Assembly: GCA_963843575.1 (NCBI GenBank)
Contig: CAWJKZ010000025.1
Location: 128,001 to 192,000, forward strand
Direction of reading: 5' to 3'
Origin: an uncultured Acidobacteriota bacterium
GTDB taxonomy: Bacteria > Acidobacteriota > UBA6911
DNA length: 64,000 bases
Part shown: one piece after another, positions 36,864 through 47,365 of the stretch
Position numbering within the stretch: position 1 is the stretch's first letter
Layout: every line of letters starts with the position of its first letter
Translations under genes and position numbers: made by a program
The notes under the pieces: model-generated
Seen by the model: only the letters and a program-made list of their open reading frames with translations
The model's database searches: none
What the model was told of the DNA's origin: nothing

Positions 36864-37283
36864 ATGCCGGTCCGCACCTACCGTGAGCAGATCCGGACTC
36901 GGGGGGAATGCGACGTACTGGACATCACCGGGGTGGTGGGGTCGGCGTTGACCAGGAGTGGACTGGGCGACGGCCTGGTCAACGTCTTTGTTCCGGGCTC
37001 GACGGCCGCCGTGACGACCATCGAGTACGAGCCGGGAGCCGTTCAGGACCTCCGCGCGGCCATCGAACGCCTCGTACCGCGAGCGGCCGCCTATCAGCAT
37101 GACGCCCGCTGGGGAGACGGGAACGGATACAGCCACGTACGCGCCGCGCTGCTGAAGTCGGGCCTCTCGGTCCCCTTCCAGCGCGGCGCCCTGCTTTTGG
37201 GCACCTGGCAGCAGTTGATCCTGGTCGACTTCGACAACAGGCCGCGCACCCGCGAGATCGTAATTCAGGTGGTCGGCGAGTAG
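36864..37283 (+). CDS. yjbQ: YjbQ (UPF0047) family protein
   Basis: DITG.V, FVPGSTAA.TTIEYE, YQHD, NGYSHVRA, LGTWQ, DFDNRPR.R. Confidence 0.92.
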   Translation: MPVRTYREQIRTRGECDVLDITGVVGSALTRSGLGDGLVNVFVPGSTAAVTTIEYEPGAVQDLRAAIERLVPRAAAYQHDARWGDGNGYSHVRAALLKSGLSVPFQRGALLLGTWQQLILVDFDNRPRTREIVIQVVGE

Positions 37284-37407
37284 CGGGAGGCGGTCCTGCC
37301 TTCAAGACCTCAAACGCATCTTCGGCACGTGCGCAGAAAACCCACCCGGTTTTCTGCGGTGGCTTGACTGGCTTCCGGGGTAAGGGGCAGGTGTATGGTT
37401 CGGCGCC

Positions 37408-37749
37408 TCACCTGCGCGCCTTGACCGGCGCCAGCCGGAACTGCAGCAGGTGAGAGGGTTTGTACTGCGAGCGCGACCAGCGATACCCCGGGGCGAACGC
37501 GATCCCGACAAGATATACCGCGCCCTGCTCGATGCAATACTTGACGCGTCCGCGGAATTTGCCCGACGGGTAGGAGAGGGTCAACGGCGTGCCGGGATTG
37601 ATCGATTCCTCCAGCTGCACGCAGGCGCCCGTGCTCGAAATATCCTCCAGGGTGCCGAACTCTTCGTGTACCACACCCGCTCCATTTTTCCAGCGCACCT
37701 TCAGCAGGTCGGCGCACATGTTGCGATCTTCTTTGCGTTTCTTCTCCAT
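37408..37749 (-). CDS. PilZ domain protein
   Basis: RKEDR (RxxxR) and DISSTG (DxSxxG) c-di-GMP-binding motifs. Confidence 0.85.
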   Translation of the reverse strand: MEKKRKEDRNMCADLLKVRWKNGAGVVHEEFGTLEDISSTGACVQLEESINPGTPLTLSYPSGKFRGRVKYCIEQGAVYLVGIAFAPGYRWSRSQYKPSHLLQFRLAPVKARR

Positions 37750-37840
37750 GTCCCTTTTTATCGGCCGGGGGGTGGATTGTGATTATTGAGTTTTGCACAG
37801 GGGGACCACAATCGCAACCCTCAGTGCCGGCCGGTGCAGC

Positions 37841-38800
37841 CTACGACCGCGGAAGCGTCGAACCGGGGATATCCAGGTTGCCGCCGCTCAGGACGACCCC
37901 GGCCCTCGGTCCCGCGCCCGGGTACCGGCGGTGGAACAGGGGCGCAAGGCCAAGGACGCCCGTGGGTTCGACCACGAGTTTCAGTCTTGTCCAGACAAAG
38001 CTCATCGCAGCAAGCAGTTCCGGGTCGGTCACCGTCACCATGTCGTCCACATTCTGGAGCACCAGCGGGAAGGTATGCCGCCCCAGCGAGGTTGTGCGGG
38101 CTCCGTCCGCAATCGTATCCGGGTTTTTTACGGTCTGGAGTGTCCGGGTGTGGAAGGAGCGGGTTGCATCGTCACCCGCGGCCGGCTCTACGCCGACGAC
38201 CCTGCAGCCGGGCGCCAGGTCCCGGGCCGCAACCGCACACCCGCTCAGCAGTCCTCCGCCGCCGCAGGGAACAAACAGCTGGTCGAGCGGCCCCGTCTCT
38301 TCGATCAACTCCATCGCCGCCGTTCCTTGCCCGGCGATGATGTGCGGGTGATCGAACGGGGGGATGACCGCATACCCCTCCTCGTGCGCCAGCCGGAGCG
38401 CGATGTCTTCGCGTGACGCCGCAGCCGGGTCGTAAACCACCACCGCGGCGCCGTACCCGCGAGTCGCCTCCAGCTTGGTCGAGGGCGCGTTGTGCGGCAT
38501 CACAACCGTCGCCTTCACACCGAGAATCTGGCAGACGCGGGCTACCGCCTGCGCGTGATTTCCGGAGGAGTACGTAATCACGCCCCGGCGCATCTGCGCC
38601 TCCGGGAGGCGGCTAATGGCGTTGTAGGCCCCCCGGAATTTAAACGCCCCCACACACTGCAGGTTTTCGCATTTCAGGTACACCTTGCAGCCGCACGCGT
38701 CGTCCAGCAGCCGGGAGGTGAACACGGGTGTGCGCCGAACCACGCCCGCAAGACGACGGGCGGCGTCCGCTATGTCTTCAAAGGTCACCATGCCCGACAT
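37841..38800 (-). CDS. Serine/threonine dehydratase family PLP enzyme (serine racemase / hydroxyaspartate ammonia-lyase-like)
   Basis: KCENLQ..GAFKFRGA, SSGNHAQ, PPFDH, GQGT, GGGGLLSG, VVEPTG, SGGN; no ACT domain. Confidence 0.9.
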   Translation of the reverse strand: MSGMVTFEDIADAARRLAGVVRRTPVFTSRLLDDACGCKVYLKCENLQCVGAFKFRGAYNAISRLPEAQMRRGVITYSSGNHAQAVARVCQILGVKATVVMPHNAPSTKLEATRGYGAAVVVYDPAAASREDIALRLAHEEGYAVIPPFDHPHIIAGQGTAAMELIEETGPLDQLFVPCGGGGLLSGCAVAARDLAPGCRVVGVEPAAGDDATRSFHTRTLQTVKNPDTIADGARTTSLGRHTFPLVLQNVDDMVTVTDPELLAAMSFVWTRLKLVVEPTGVLGLAPLFHRRYPGAGPRAGVVLSGGNLDIPGSTLPRS

Positions 38801-38956
38801 TAAACCACAATAGCGCGCACGTCGCGCCCGCTTTCCAGCTCCTGGAGGTCCGCCGGCCGCATGGCCGTGGACCAGGTTTGCCGCGGTCTGTTGCCTTCGG
38901 GCGCTGCCCGGCATAGAATCCGGCAAACGGATCCGACGACACGATGGGAGGAGGAG

Positions 38957-40150
38957 ATGAGCATTCGGCGAGGGCGCATCGCACGCCGCGATTTCCTGGC
39001 GGGAGCGGCCGCCGGCGGCGGCCTGGCAATTGTCCATCCGCGTAGCGTGCGGGGCACCCAGGCAAACTCGGCGATTGAGATCGGCATCATCGGGGCAGGG
39101 GGACGCGGGGTCTGGCTGGGAGATCTCATCCACAAAAACACCGGGATGAAGGTCGTGGCACTCTCCGATCCTTTTGAGGACCGCCTCGCGCGAGGACGCG
39201 ACAGGCTCGGAGTCGAACCTGCACGTTCCCACCTCGGGATCGCAGGGTACCAGGAACTGCTGTCCTCGAAGCTCGACGCGGTCGCCATCGAGAGCCCGCC
39301 GTATTTCCACCCGGAGCAGACCGGGGCGGCGGTGCGCGCCGGCAAGCACGTCTACCTCGCCAAACCCGTCGCGGTGGACGTACCCGGCTGCAAGGCTATC
39401 ATCGACGCCGGGGAACGGGCAAACGGCCGGCTGAGTTTCCTGGTAGACTACCAGACCCGCAGCACCCCCTACTTCGTGGAAGCGGCCAGGCTGGTCCGTG
39501 ACGGGGCAATAGGGAAACCCTCATTCGGCCAAGTCTTTTACCACGCCGGCAGGTTGATGCCCCAGAAGAACTCCGCCGACTCGGCAGGGGCGGCGCGGCT
39601 GCGCAACTGGGTCTTCGACCAAGTCCTGTCGGGCGACATCATCGTGGAGCAGAATGTCCACGTCCTCGACGTTGCCAACTGGTTCCTGCAAGGTCACCCC
39701 ACCAGCGCCACCGGCAGCGGCGGCCGCAAGGTGCGCACCGACGTGGGAGACTGCTGGGATCACTTCATCGTAAGCTACCGCTACCCCGGCGACGTCCTGG
39801 TCGATTTCTCGTCCACGCAGTTCGTCCTGGGGTTCTCGGACCTGTGCTGCAGGATCTTCGGCACCCTGGGCACCGTCGACGCCCACTACGAGGGGCCCGT
39901 ATCGATCACCGGAAAGAACCGCTACGAGGGGGGCTCTACCAAGGGGATGTTCGCCACCGGGGCGATCGCCAACCTAAAGGCCTTCGAGCAGAGCATCCGC
40001 GACGGCAAACTCCTCAACAACGCCGAGGAGAGCGCGACCAGCTCCCTCACGACCATCCTGGGACGCAAAGCCGCATACGAAAACCGGCGCGTCTCCTGGG
40101 ACGAAATGATGAGCGACGCCACTCCCCTGAAGGCCGACCTCGTCCTCTGA
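38957..40150 (+). CDS. Tat-exported Gfo/Idh/MocA oxidoreductase
   Basis: GGAGGAG RBS; ARRDFL Tat motif; GIIGAGGRG; HVYLAKPVA; IVEQNVH.LD. Confidence 0.9.
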   Translation: MSIRRGRIARRDFLAGAAAGGGLAIVHPRSVRGTQANSAIEIGIIGAGGRGVWLGDLIHKNTGMKVVALSDPFEDRLARGRDRLGVEPARSHLGIAGYQELLSSKLDAVAIESPPYFHPEQTGAAVRAGKHVYLAKPVAVDVPGCKAIIDAGERANGRLSFLVDYQTRSTPYFVEAARLVRDGAIGKPSFGQVFYHAGRLMPQKNSADSAGAARLRNWVFDQVLSGDIIVEQNVHVLDVANWFLQGHPTSATGSGGRKVRTDVGDCWDHFIVSYRYPGDVLVDFSSTQFVLGFSDLCCRIFGTLGTVDAHYEGPVSITGKNRYEGGSTKGMFATGAIANLKAFEQSIRDGKLLNNAEESATSSLTTILGRKAAYENRRVSWDEMMSDATPLKADLVL

Positions 40151-40261
40151 GAAAGTGGGCGGGGGCGGCCCACCCCCGCCCCGTAAGAGGGGTCGCCCTC
40201 CGGATTGCTCGGTGCGCGCCTTTGCGGTAGGTTTCCCTCTTCACTCCTTTGCGGGACACCG

Positions 40262-41233
40262 ATGACACCTGAAACGATCACAATCCTCGTCCTCTCCGAC
40301 CCTGCCCGGCCGCAGATTCAAAGGCTGCGGGAACTCCCCTTCGTAAAGACGGCCGTCGGCCAGCATGTCGACGACCTGCGCGGCGCTGCGCCCGGCGCCG
40401 ACATCATCCTGAACTGGCTCGGCAACCGCCGGCTGCTCGAGGACGTCTGGGCGCTCGCGCCCAGGGTACGGTGGGTACACTACATGTGGGCCGGCCTGGA
40501 CGGCGTGCTGTTCCCCGAACTGCTGGAGAGTGCGGTGCCCGTCACCAACGGCCGCGGCGTGTTCAGCGAGGGCCTCGGCGAATTCGCCGTCGCGGCGATG
40601 CTCTACTTCGCGAAGGATTTTGGCCGCATGGGGCGCAGCCAGCGGGCGGGCCTGTGGGACCCTTTCGAGGTGGATTGGCTCAGCGGGCGCACCGTGGGGA
40701 TCGTCGGGTACGGCGAGATCGGCCGTTCGGTCGCACGAAGGGCAACCGCACTGGGGATGTCGGTGGTCGCCTTGAGACGACGCCCCGAGCTCTCCCAGGG
40801 CGATTCGCATATCGCCGGGATCTACGGGCCGGAGCACCTGCGCGACATGCTCGCCCGCACGGATTACCTCGTCGCCTGCGCCCCGCTTACCCCGGGGACC
40901 CGGGGCATGATCGGGTCAGGCGAGCTCGACGCCCTTCCACAGGGCGCGGTAGTGATCAACGTCGGCCGCGGGCCAGTCATCGACGAGGGCGCACTGGTGC
41001 GTGCCCTGGAGAGAAACCGTATCCGCGGCGCCGCCCTCGACGTCTTCGACACCGAGCCGCTTCCCCCGGGGCACCCGTTCTTCCGGCTGGAGAACGTCCT
41101 CCTATCCCCACACTGCGCAGACCGGACGCCAGACTGGCTCGACAACGCCATGCAGTTGTTCCTCGACAATCTCGAACGCTTCCGCTCGGGCAGACCGCTG
41201 CGCAACCTTATCGACAAGATGACCGGTTACTGA
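40262..41233 (+). CDS. D-2-hydroxyacid dehydrogenase
   Basis: WAGLD, GYGEIG, INVGRG, LDVFDTEPLP, SPHCA. Confidence 0.9.
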   Translation: MTPETITILVLSDPARPQIQRLRELPFVKTAVGQHVDDLRGAAPGADIILNWLGNRRLLEDVWALAPRVRWVHYMWAGLDGVLFPELLESAVPVTNGRGVFSEGLGEFAVAAMLYFAKDFGRMGRSQRAGLWDPFEVDWLSGRTVGIVGYGEIGRSVARRATALGMSVVALRRRPELSQGDSHIAGIYGPEHLRDMLARTDYLVACAPLTPGTRGMIGSGELDALPQGAVVINVGRGPVIDEGALVRALERNRIRGAALDVFDTEPLPPGHPFFRLENVLLSPHCADRTPDWLDNAMQLFLDNLERFRSGRPLRNLIDKMTGY

Positions 41234-41293
41234 GGCGGGTCTCCGCAGCAGCACGTGCGTCCGGGCTTCAGAGATTGTCCAGCGGTTGAACCC

Positions 41294-41424
41294 GGAAGTG
41301 CAGCGGCTCGGTGCCGCCGCAGGCCGACGTCGCATCCCGCAATGCGGCGCGGGGGCGTCGAGGCGCCGAACACTCCGGTCATGGGACGTGAGCGTAAGCG
41401 GCGCCGACGCGCCGCACTTCCACA
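41294..41424. repeat. Degenerate REP-like cluster between convergent genes
   Basis: GGAAGTGCAGCGGCTCGGTGCCGC, GGCGTCGAGGCGCCGAACACTCC and AAGCGGCGCCGACGCGCCGCACTTCCACA resemble the 31494/31600 repeats. Confidence 0.5.
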
Positions 41425-41442
41425 TTGCCCTGACACGCGCCC

Positions 41443-42783
41443 CTAAATGAACTTGCGGATCGCGGCGTTCTGCTCCAGCCACTCACGGAACTTGGGATGG
41501 GCGATGCCGATCAGCGCACGGCAACGCTCCCGGATGGTCTTGCCGTGGAGCGGGGCGGTACCGTATTCGGTGATGACGTAGTGGACGTCGCCGCGCGTCG
41601 TGACGACGCCGGCGCCATCGGCGAGGCGGGGCACGATGCGGCTGATCGTCCCGTTTTTCGCCGTCGACGGCAAGGCGATGATCGGCTTCCCCCCCTTGCT
41701 GCGGGAGGCACCACGGATGAAATCGACCTGGCCGCCGATGCCGCTGTAAAAAGTGAACCCGAGGGAATCGGCGCACACCTGACCGGTGAGGTCCACCTCG
41801 AGCGCCGAGTTGATCGCGACCTGCCGGTCGTTGCGGCTGATGATGAACGGATCGTTCGTGTACTGGCTCGGGTGAAACTCGAAAATGGGGTTGTTGTCGA
41901 TGAACTCGAAGAGGCGCCGTGTCCCGAGCACAAACCCCAGGATGATCTTGCCGGGGTGCAGCGACTTGCGTTCGTTGTTGATGACCCCCTTCTCGATCAG
42001 GTCGATGACCCCGTCGCTGACCATTTCGGAGTGGATGCCGATGTCCTTCTTCTCGACGAGGAAATTCAGCACCGCGTCGGGGATTTCTCCGATGCCCAGC
42101 TGCAGGGTCGAGCCATCCTCGATCAGGTCCGCGATGTAGCGTCCGATCTGGTGCGCCACATCGGACACGCCACCCTGCGGATACTCCAGGATCTCCTCGG
42201 TGACCTCGACCACGTGGTGGATCTTGTTCAGGTGAATGAAGGAGTCTCCCAGGGTGCGCGGCATCTTGGGGTTGACCTGGGCGATGACCACGCGCGCGTG
42301 CTCGGCCGCCGTCTTCGTGGTGTCGACGCTCACGCCGAAGCTGCAGAAGCCGTGCTCGTCCGGAGGGGAAACGTGAATGAGGGCCACGTCGATCGGGAAC
42401 GCGGCTCCGAAGAGCGATTCCACCTCGCTCAGGAACACGGGAATGAAGTCGGCGCGTCCCTCGTTGATCGCCTCCCTGACGTTGGCGCCGGCAAAAAATG
42501 CGACGTGGCGGAACTTGCCTTCCATTTCCGGCCGCACGTACTCGGCTTTCCCGCGCGTGAGGAGGTGGATGACGTTGACGTTGCGCAGTTCGCCGGCGCG
42601 GTCCACCATCGCCGCTATCAACCTCTGCGGCTCCGCACAGCCGGGGTGGATGTAGACCGTCGAGTTGCTCTGGATTTCACGCACGGCCTCCTCCGCCGTG
42701 CACCGTTTCCGCCGGTAGCTGTCAAGCCAGGCGGCAACCCGGCCGCCTGCCCGCTTCGTCCCCATCACTGGCATCTTCGACAT
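41443..42783 (-). CDS. Acetyl-CoA hydrolase/transferase (4-hydroxybutyrate CoA-transferase-like)
   Basis: GRADFIPVFLS, VSPPDEHG, LQLGIG, GIHSEM, SGIGGQVDF, VITEYG, IAHPKFRE. Confidence 0.93.
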   Translation of the reverse strand: MSKMPVMGTKRAGGRVAAWLDSYRRKRCTAEEAVREIQSNSTVYIHPGCAEPQRLIAAMVDRAGELRNVNVIHLLTRGKAEYVRPEMEGKFRHVAFFAGANVREAINEGRADFIPVFLSEVESLFGAAFPIDVALIHVSPPDEHGFCSFGVSVDTTKTAAEHARVVIAQVNPKMPRTLGDSFIHLNKIHHVVEVTEEILEYPQGGVSDVAHQIGRYIADLIEDGSTLQLGIGEIPDAVLNFLVEKKDIGIHSEMVSDGVIDLIEKGVINNERKSLHPGKIILGFVLGTRRLFEFIDNNPIFEFHPSQYTNDPFIISRNDRQVAINSALEVDLTGQVCADSLGFTFYSGIGGQVDFIRGASRSKGGKPIIALPSTAKNGTISRIVPRLADGAGVVTTRGDVHYVITEYGTAPLHGKTIRERCRALIGIAHPKFREWLEQNAAIRKFI

Positions 42784-42825
42784 ATCCGGTCTCGCGAGCG
42801 CATGGTGAGTTGCATGCAGAGGGTC

Positions 42826-43941
42826 TCACACGTTGAGCGACTCGATCGGCACATAGGGCCAGCCCAGCAGGCCGGCGAGCCCTTCGTGTGTGCACCGTCC
42901 CCCGAGGAGATAGACACCCCGGCGCAGCATGGCGTTTTCGTGGACGGTTTCAGCCCCCTTCTCGCCCACCTCCTCGACGAAGGAGAGCACCACGTTGTTG
43001 AGCGCGTGTGAAGCCGTGCGGGCGACCGACGACGGGATGTTGGGCACGCAGAAGTGGGTGACCCCGTGCTTCTTGAACACGGGATCGGTCAGCCGGGTCG
43101 GCCGGCTGGTTTCCACGCACCCGCCCTGGTCGATGGAGACATCCACGATAACGCTCCCGGGCCGCATCTCGGAGACCATGCCTGCCGTGACGACGTGAGG
43201 AGTCTTCCGGCCGTGGATCAGGACGGCGCCGACCACAACGTCCGCCATGCCGACGTGGCGCTCGACGTTGTAGGGTGTCGCGAGGACCGTGTTCGCCGAC
43301 TTGTTGAGCAGTACCTCGAGCAGACTCAACCGCCGCAGGTCCACGTCCATGATGGTCACGTTCGCGCCGCAGCCGAGGAAGATGCGGGCGGCGGTGGAAC
43401 CGACCGTTCCGGCGCCGATGATGACCACGTTGGACGCCGGGATCCCGGCAACCCCGCCCAGCAGGACGCCTCGCCCCCCCTGGGTGGTCTCCAGGAGTTT
43501 GCCGGCGATCTGCGGCAGAAGCATCCCGGCGATTTCGCTCATGGCCGTGACCACCGGCAGATAGCCGGTGTTGTCCTCGATGAGCTCGTAACCGACGGCG
43601 GTGGTTTCGCGCTCCCTCAGAGTCTCGAGCACCTTGGGATTCGCCGACCCCAGGTGCACCGTGCTGAACAGGATCCGGCGCTCGGGGATCCACGCGCACT
43701 CGTCCAGCGTCGGAGGCATGAACTTGACCACCAGGTCGGCGCGCGCGAAGATCTCTTCCGGCGAGAACACGAGTGTCGCCCCTGCGGCTTCGTACTCGTG
43801 CCCGGAGAATCCGCTCCCCAGACCCGCTTCGGACTGCACGATGACCGAATGCCCGAGCTTCGCCAGGGCATAAACACCCGCAGGGGTGAGGGCGACGCGA
43901 CGTTCTTCACCCCAGGTCTCCTTGGGAATACCGATGATCAT
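42826..43941 (-). CDS. ald: Alanine dehydrogenase
   Basis: IGIPKE...ERRVALTP, MSEIAG, GVLLGGV.G, GAGTVG, VDVSIDQGGCVETS, CVPNIPS. Confidence 0.88.
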   Translation of the reverse strand: MIIGIPKETWGEERRVALTPAGVYALAKLGHSVIVQSEAGLGSGFSGHEYEAAGATLVFSPEEIFARADLVVKFMPPTLDECAWIPERRILFSTVHLGSANPKVLETLRERETTAVGYELIEDNTGYLPVVTAMSEIAGMLLPQIAGKLLETTQGGRGVLLGGVAGIPASNVVIIGAGTVGSTAARIFLGCGANVTIMDVDLRRLSLLEVLLNKSANTVLATPYNVERHVGMADVVVGAVLIHGRKTPHVVTAGMVSEMRPGSVIVDVSIDQGGCVETSRPTRLTDPVFKKHGVTHFCVPNIPSSVARTASHALNNVVLSFVEEVGEKGAETVHENAMLRRGVYLLGGRCTHEGLAGLLGWPYVPIESLNV

Positions 43942-44114
43942 GGGCTGTTCCTCGTCACAGGACTCGTCATGGGAGGTGACGCACCGCAAAACCGCAACCA
44001 CGATCGTCCCTGGTTACCGTCCCTCAATAAACCCGCGGCCTGCCCCTGTCAAGCTGTCATCCCCCAGGCATTCGGCCGATCCCCACAGATCGATCTGGCG
44101 ACAGGCCGCGGTCG

Positions 44115-44151
44115 ATCCGCGTGAATCCGTTGGATCCGCGGAATCTGCGTT
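44115..44151. repeat. Short 9-10-bp tandem repeat (ATCCGCG-type)
   Basis: ATCCGCGTGA ATCCGTTGG ATCCGCGGA ATCTGCGTT in intergenic DNA. Confidence 0.5.
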
Positions 44152-44363
44152 CTGTTTTGGCTTCTGTTTTTCATCGCCCGTGTTGTTCTGCGTCCGCCAC
44201 GCACCCGTCCGGCACCGGAGCCGGGGAAGCCGGGGCGTGTCGTTTCCGGGATCGACTCCTCCCTTTCACGCGGCGAGCCTACCAGAAGTCTAACGGTATT
44301 GCCAATTTGGAGTACCGGAACCGGCACTTCCTCCGGGTGCTTCTTCACGTGAGGTGCAGCCCC

Positions 44364-45488
44364 TCAGTCGACGAGGGGCGGCCTGTCGACGCCGAGGAAC
44401 CAGCGGTCGAGGAGCACCCGGCGGGTGAACCAGGGATTCCGGAGCAATCCGGCGGCGGCCATACCGACCGCCCGGTCGGGGACGACGCGCGCCAACAATT
44501 TGGCCGGGGTCCCGGGCTGCTTCGTTATGTGGGACTCCAGCAGGGCCCCGTAGTTCCGAAGCCGCGGCGTCGAATAATCCCCCGCGGCTTCCAGGATGAC
44601 CCTGGCTGCCAGCAACCCCGATTCGATCGCCGGGCGGATACCCTCACCGCTCTGAGGATAGGCGAGGCCCGCCGCGTCGCCGACGAGCATCACCCCGTCG
44701 TGCAGACGTCTTCGGGGGCTGTACGCGCCCAGCAGATACGCGTGCCCGGGCAGGGCCGGCGTGCTGTCTCTGGGAATCCGGCCGCTGTCCCTCAGAAACC
44801 CGACGAACTCGCGGACGTGACCCGACACCTTTTGGCGATCCATCCGCCCCAGCCCGACGTTGACGAAGCCGGATTTGCGGAAGCACCAGCCGTACCCCTT
44901 CATGTCGCGACAGAAGAAGAGTTCCGGCACATCCGCGCGCACGGCGCACTGCCCCGCCTGAGCGGGATCCAGCCGAAACTCGACTTCCTGGGCCGCGACG
45001 ATGGGCTCTTCGCCCACGCGGGCTCCGAGGAAACGCGCCACGGGACAGAAGTGCCCGCCGGCGCCCACGACGAGCTTCGACCGGTAGGAGTCGTCGACGA
45101 TCCATGTGTCTCCACGCCGTTCCATGCGGTTGACCGTGCAATGTTCGACAACGCGAGCCCCGGAACGCGCCACGAGGTAGTGATCGAACTCGCACCGACG
45201 CACACCGTAGCTGACCACCCGGTCGTAGTCGGTCTCGACCGTGCGGCCTCCCATGCGCGAGGTGCGGAACCCCGTGATCGGCTGCAGCACCCGGCCCCTT
45301 GAGTAATCACACAGATCGAGCGCGAGTTCAGCCACGACGGGGGGAGTGATCCAGCCCCCGCAGACTTTGTCCCGGGGGAAGCCCGCCCTGTCGAGAATCA
45401 CAACATCGAGGCCTGCGTGCCGCAAACCCCAGGCGCAACTCGACCCGGCGGGTCCGCCCCCGACGATCAGGACATCGCAGGACTGCAT
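44364..45488 (-). CDS. Geranylgeranyl reductase-family FAD-dependent oxidoreductase
   Basis: DVLIVGGGPAGS, FPRDKVCGG, RRCEFD, GYGWCF, LVGDAAG...SGEGI. Start at MQSCD. Confidence 0.9.
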   Translation of the reverse strand: MQSCDVLIVGGGPAGSSCAWGLRHAGLDVVILDRAGFPRDKVCGGWITPPVVAELALDLCDYSRGRVLQPITGFRTSRMGGRTVETDYDRVVSYGVRRCEFDHYLVARSGARVVEHCTVNRMERRGDTWIVDDSYRSKLVVGAGGHFCPVARFLGARVGEEPIVAAQEVEFRLDPAQAGQCAVRADVPELFFCRDMKGYGWCFRKSGFVNVGLGRMDRQKVSGHVREFVGFLRDSGRIPRDSTPALPGHAYLLGAYSPRRRLHDGVMLVGDAAGLAYPQSGEGIRPAIESGLLAARVILEAAGDYSTPRLRNYGALLESHITKQPGTPAKLLARVVPDRAVGMAAAGLLRNPWFTRRVLLDRWFLGVDRPPLVD

Positions 45489-46724
45489 TGCTGCTCCGGC
45501 TGTGGGTCGGTGTCGGCGGCGTATAGGTGCCGCCGGGTCCATGGAATGGCGTTGTTTGTGCCCCGGGCAAACGTCACCTGGAAGAGTTGCAGCGACCCGG
45601 TGCGAAACGCGGCTAGCGAACCTGCGAGGTACAGCCGCCACGCCCGGACGAAGGCATCGCCGTACATGGCCGCCACCCGACCGGTCGACTCCTCGAAGCG
45701 AGACAACCAGTGCTCCAGGGTGCGGGCATAATGCAGCCGCAGGTTCTCCACGTCGAGCACCGAAAAATCGTAGTTCTCGAAAATGGTCATGGCGCGGCGC
45801 AGGGTCGGGGGTTGCGCGCCTGGGAATATGCGACGGCGGATCCAGGAATTCAGCGGCAGGTCCCGGTTCCTGCCGATGAAATGCAGGAAACCGCGTCCGG
45901 ACTCGTCGAGCACCCGGTCGATGACGGCACCGAGTTCCTCGTAGTTTTCCGGGCCGACGTGTTCGAGCATCCCGACCGAGACGAACGCGTCGTACCTGCT
46001 GGTGATGTTCCGATAGTCGTCCTCGATGAATTCGACCTGCCCGGCGAGCCCTTCCTCCTGCGCCCGGCGTCGTGCATAACGTGATCTGTTCGGAGGAAAT
46101 GTTGAACGCCTTCACCTGAGCGCCGTAACGGCGGGCCATGTACAAGGCGAGCGTTCCCCAGCCGCAGCCCGCCTCGACGACCCGGTCGCCGGCCCGCAAC
46201 CCGAGCTTGCGACAGACGTGCTCCATTTTTGCCGCCTGCCCCGCCTCGAGGGATTCCGAGCCGCCCTGCTCAAAATACGCGCACGTGTAGACGAGCCCCG
46301 CGTCGAGCCAAAGCCGATAGAAATCGGTACCGAGGTCGTAGTGACAGTGTATGTTCCGGCGCGACCCCTCCGGTGTGTTGCGCTGGGCCCAGTCCAGGTA
46401 GGCGGCGAGGGCCCGCCGGTACCAGGGCATGCCCTTTTGCGCTCTCAACCCGCGATACCCCTCGGTGAGCAGTTCAGACAGGTTTCCCTGGACTTCCACC
46501 TTCCCTGCGCTGTACGCATCCCCGAAGCAGTTCTCGGGATCGATCGCCATGCGGAACAGGCTGCCAGGCTCGCGCACGACGAGCGTCGCGATCGGCGGCG
46601 CGTCACGCGGGCAAATCTCGGTCCCGTCCCAGAGAACTACTCGCAGCGGCGGACTTCCCGATGCCGACAAGAGTGTTGCGACCAGACGTTTTTTGACGGA
46701 AGATCCGGACGAGCGGATGAGCAT
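45467..46724 (-). CDS. cfa: Cyclopropane-fatty-acyl-phospholipid synthase family methyltransferase; frameshifted near 46078
   Basis: NIHCHYDLG, YTCAYF, EAGCGWG; second frame EDDYR, SVGMLEHVG, IFPG, HYARTL..W, W.LYL. Confidence 0.88.
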
Positions 46725-46829
46725 GGTGTGACTCCCTCCGAGGCGTGTCCGGGCGGGGGGCCCTTTCCCGAGTCACTGCATGACGTGTAGAATTCTATCC
46801 CAATTTCCCCGTGAACGGGAGAACGGCAA

Positions 46830-47198
46830 ATGAGGCAGCGCGACTTCGACCGCGTCGTGGAGGAGGCCCTCGCCAGGATTCCAAAGCAGTTTCGGGACGC
46901 GATGGACAACGTGCAGATCGTGGTCGAGGATTGGCCGGACCCTGACCTCATGGAGGAGGTCACCGGTGACCCGGACGCCGTGCTGTACGGCCTGTTCACG
47001 GGGAGGCCCCTCACGGAACGCCACTTCGACGACTGGGGAGACCTCCCCGCCCTGATCCACATCTACAGGAAGCCGCTGGAAGAGGACTTTCCGGAGCGCA
47101 GCGAACTGGTGCGCGAGATCGAGGTCACGCTGGTACACGAGATCGCCCACCTGATGGGATTCGACGAGGAGACGTTGCGCCAATACGGTTACGATTGA
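46830..47198 (+). CDS. Zincin-like metallopeptidase family protein
   Basis: LYGLFTG.P, LPA.IHIYR, TLVHEIAHLMG (HExxH). Confidence 0.9.
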   Translation: MRQRDFDRVVEEALARIPKQFRDAMDNVQIVVEDWPDPDLMEEVTGDPDAVLYGLFTGRPLTERHFDDWGDLPALIHIYRKPLEEDFPERSELVREIEVTLVHEIAHLMGFDEETLRQYGYD

Positions 47199-47365
47199 CG
47201 TCCCGGAGCATCCGTTTTCACGTCCTGCCTGCCAGTTTCCCGGTGGCTGGTCGTCACGCGGCGACAAGCGAACACCCTCGTTTAGCCATCGTCTGCCCAC
47301 GGCGGCTGGAAGCGCGCCCCTTTTTGAGTATGATTTCTGACTGGAACCAGAACCGGAGGGACTTG

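Noticed and set aside
44364-46724. 786-aa ORF that looks like a Cfa-reductase fusion
   Set aside because: The middle ~190 aa are out-of-frame text. The true Cfa C-terminus is in another frame (45467-46078), so the fusion arises from a 1-bp insertion.
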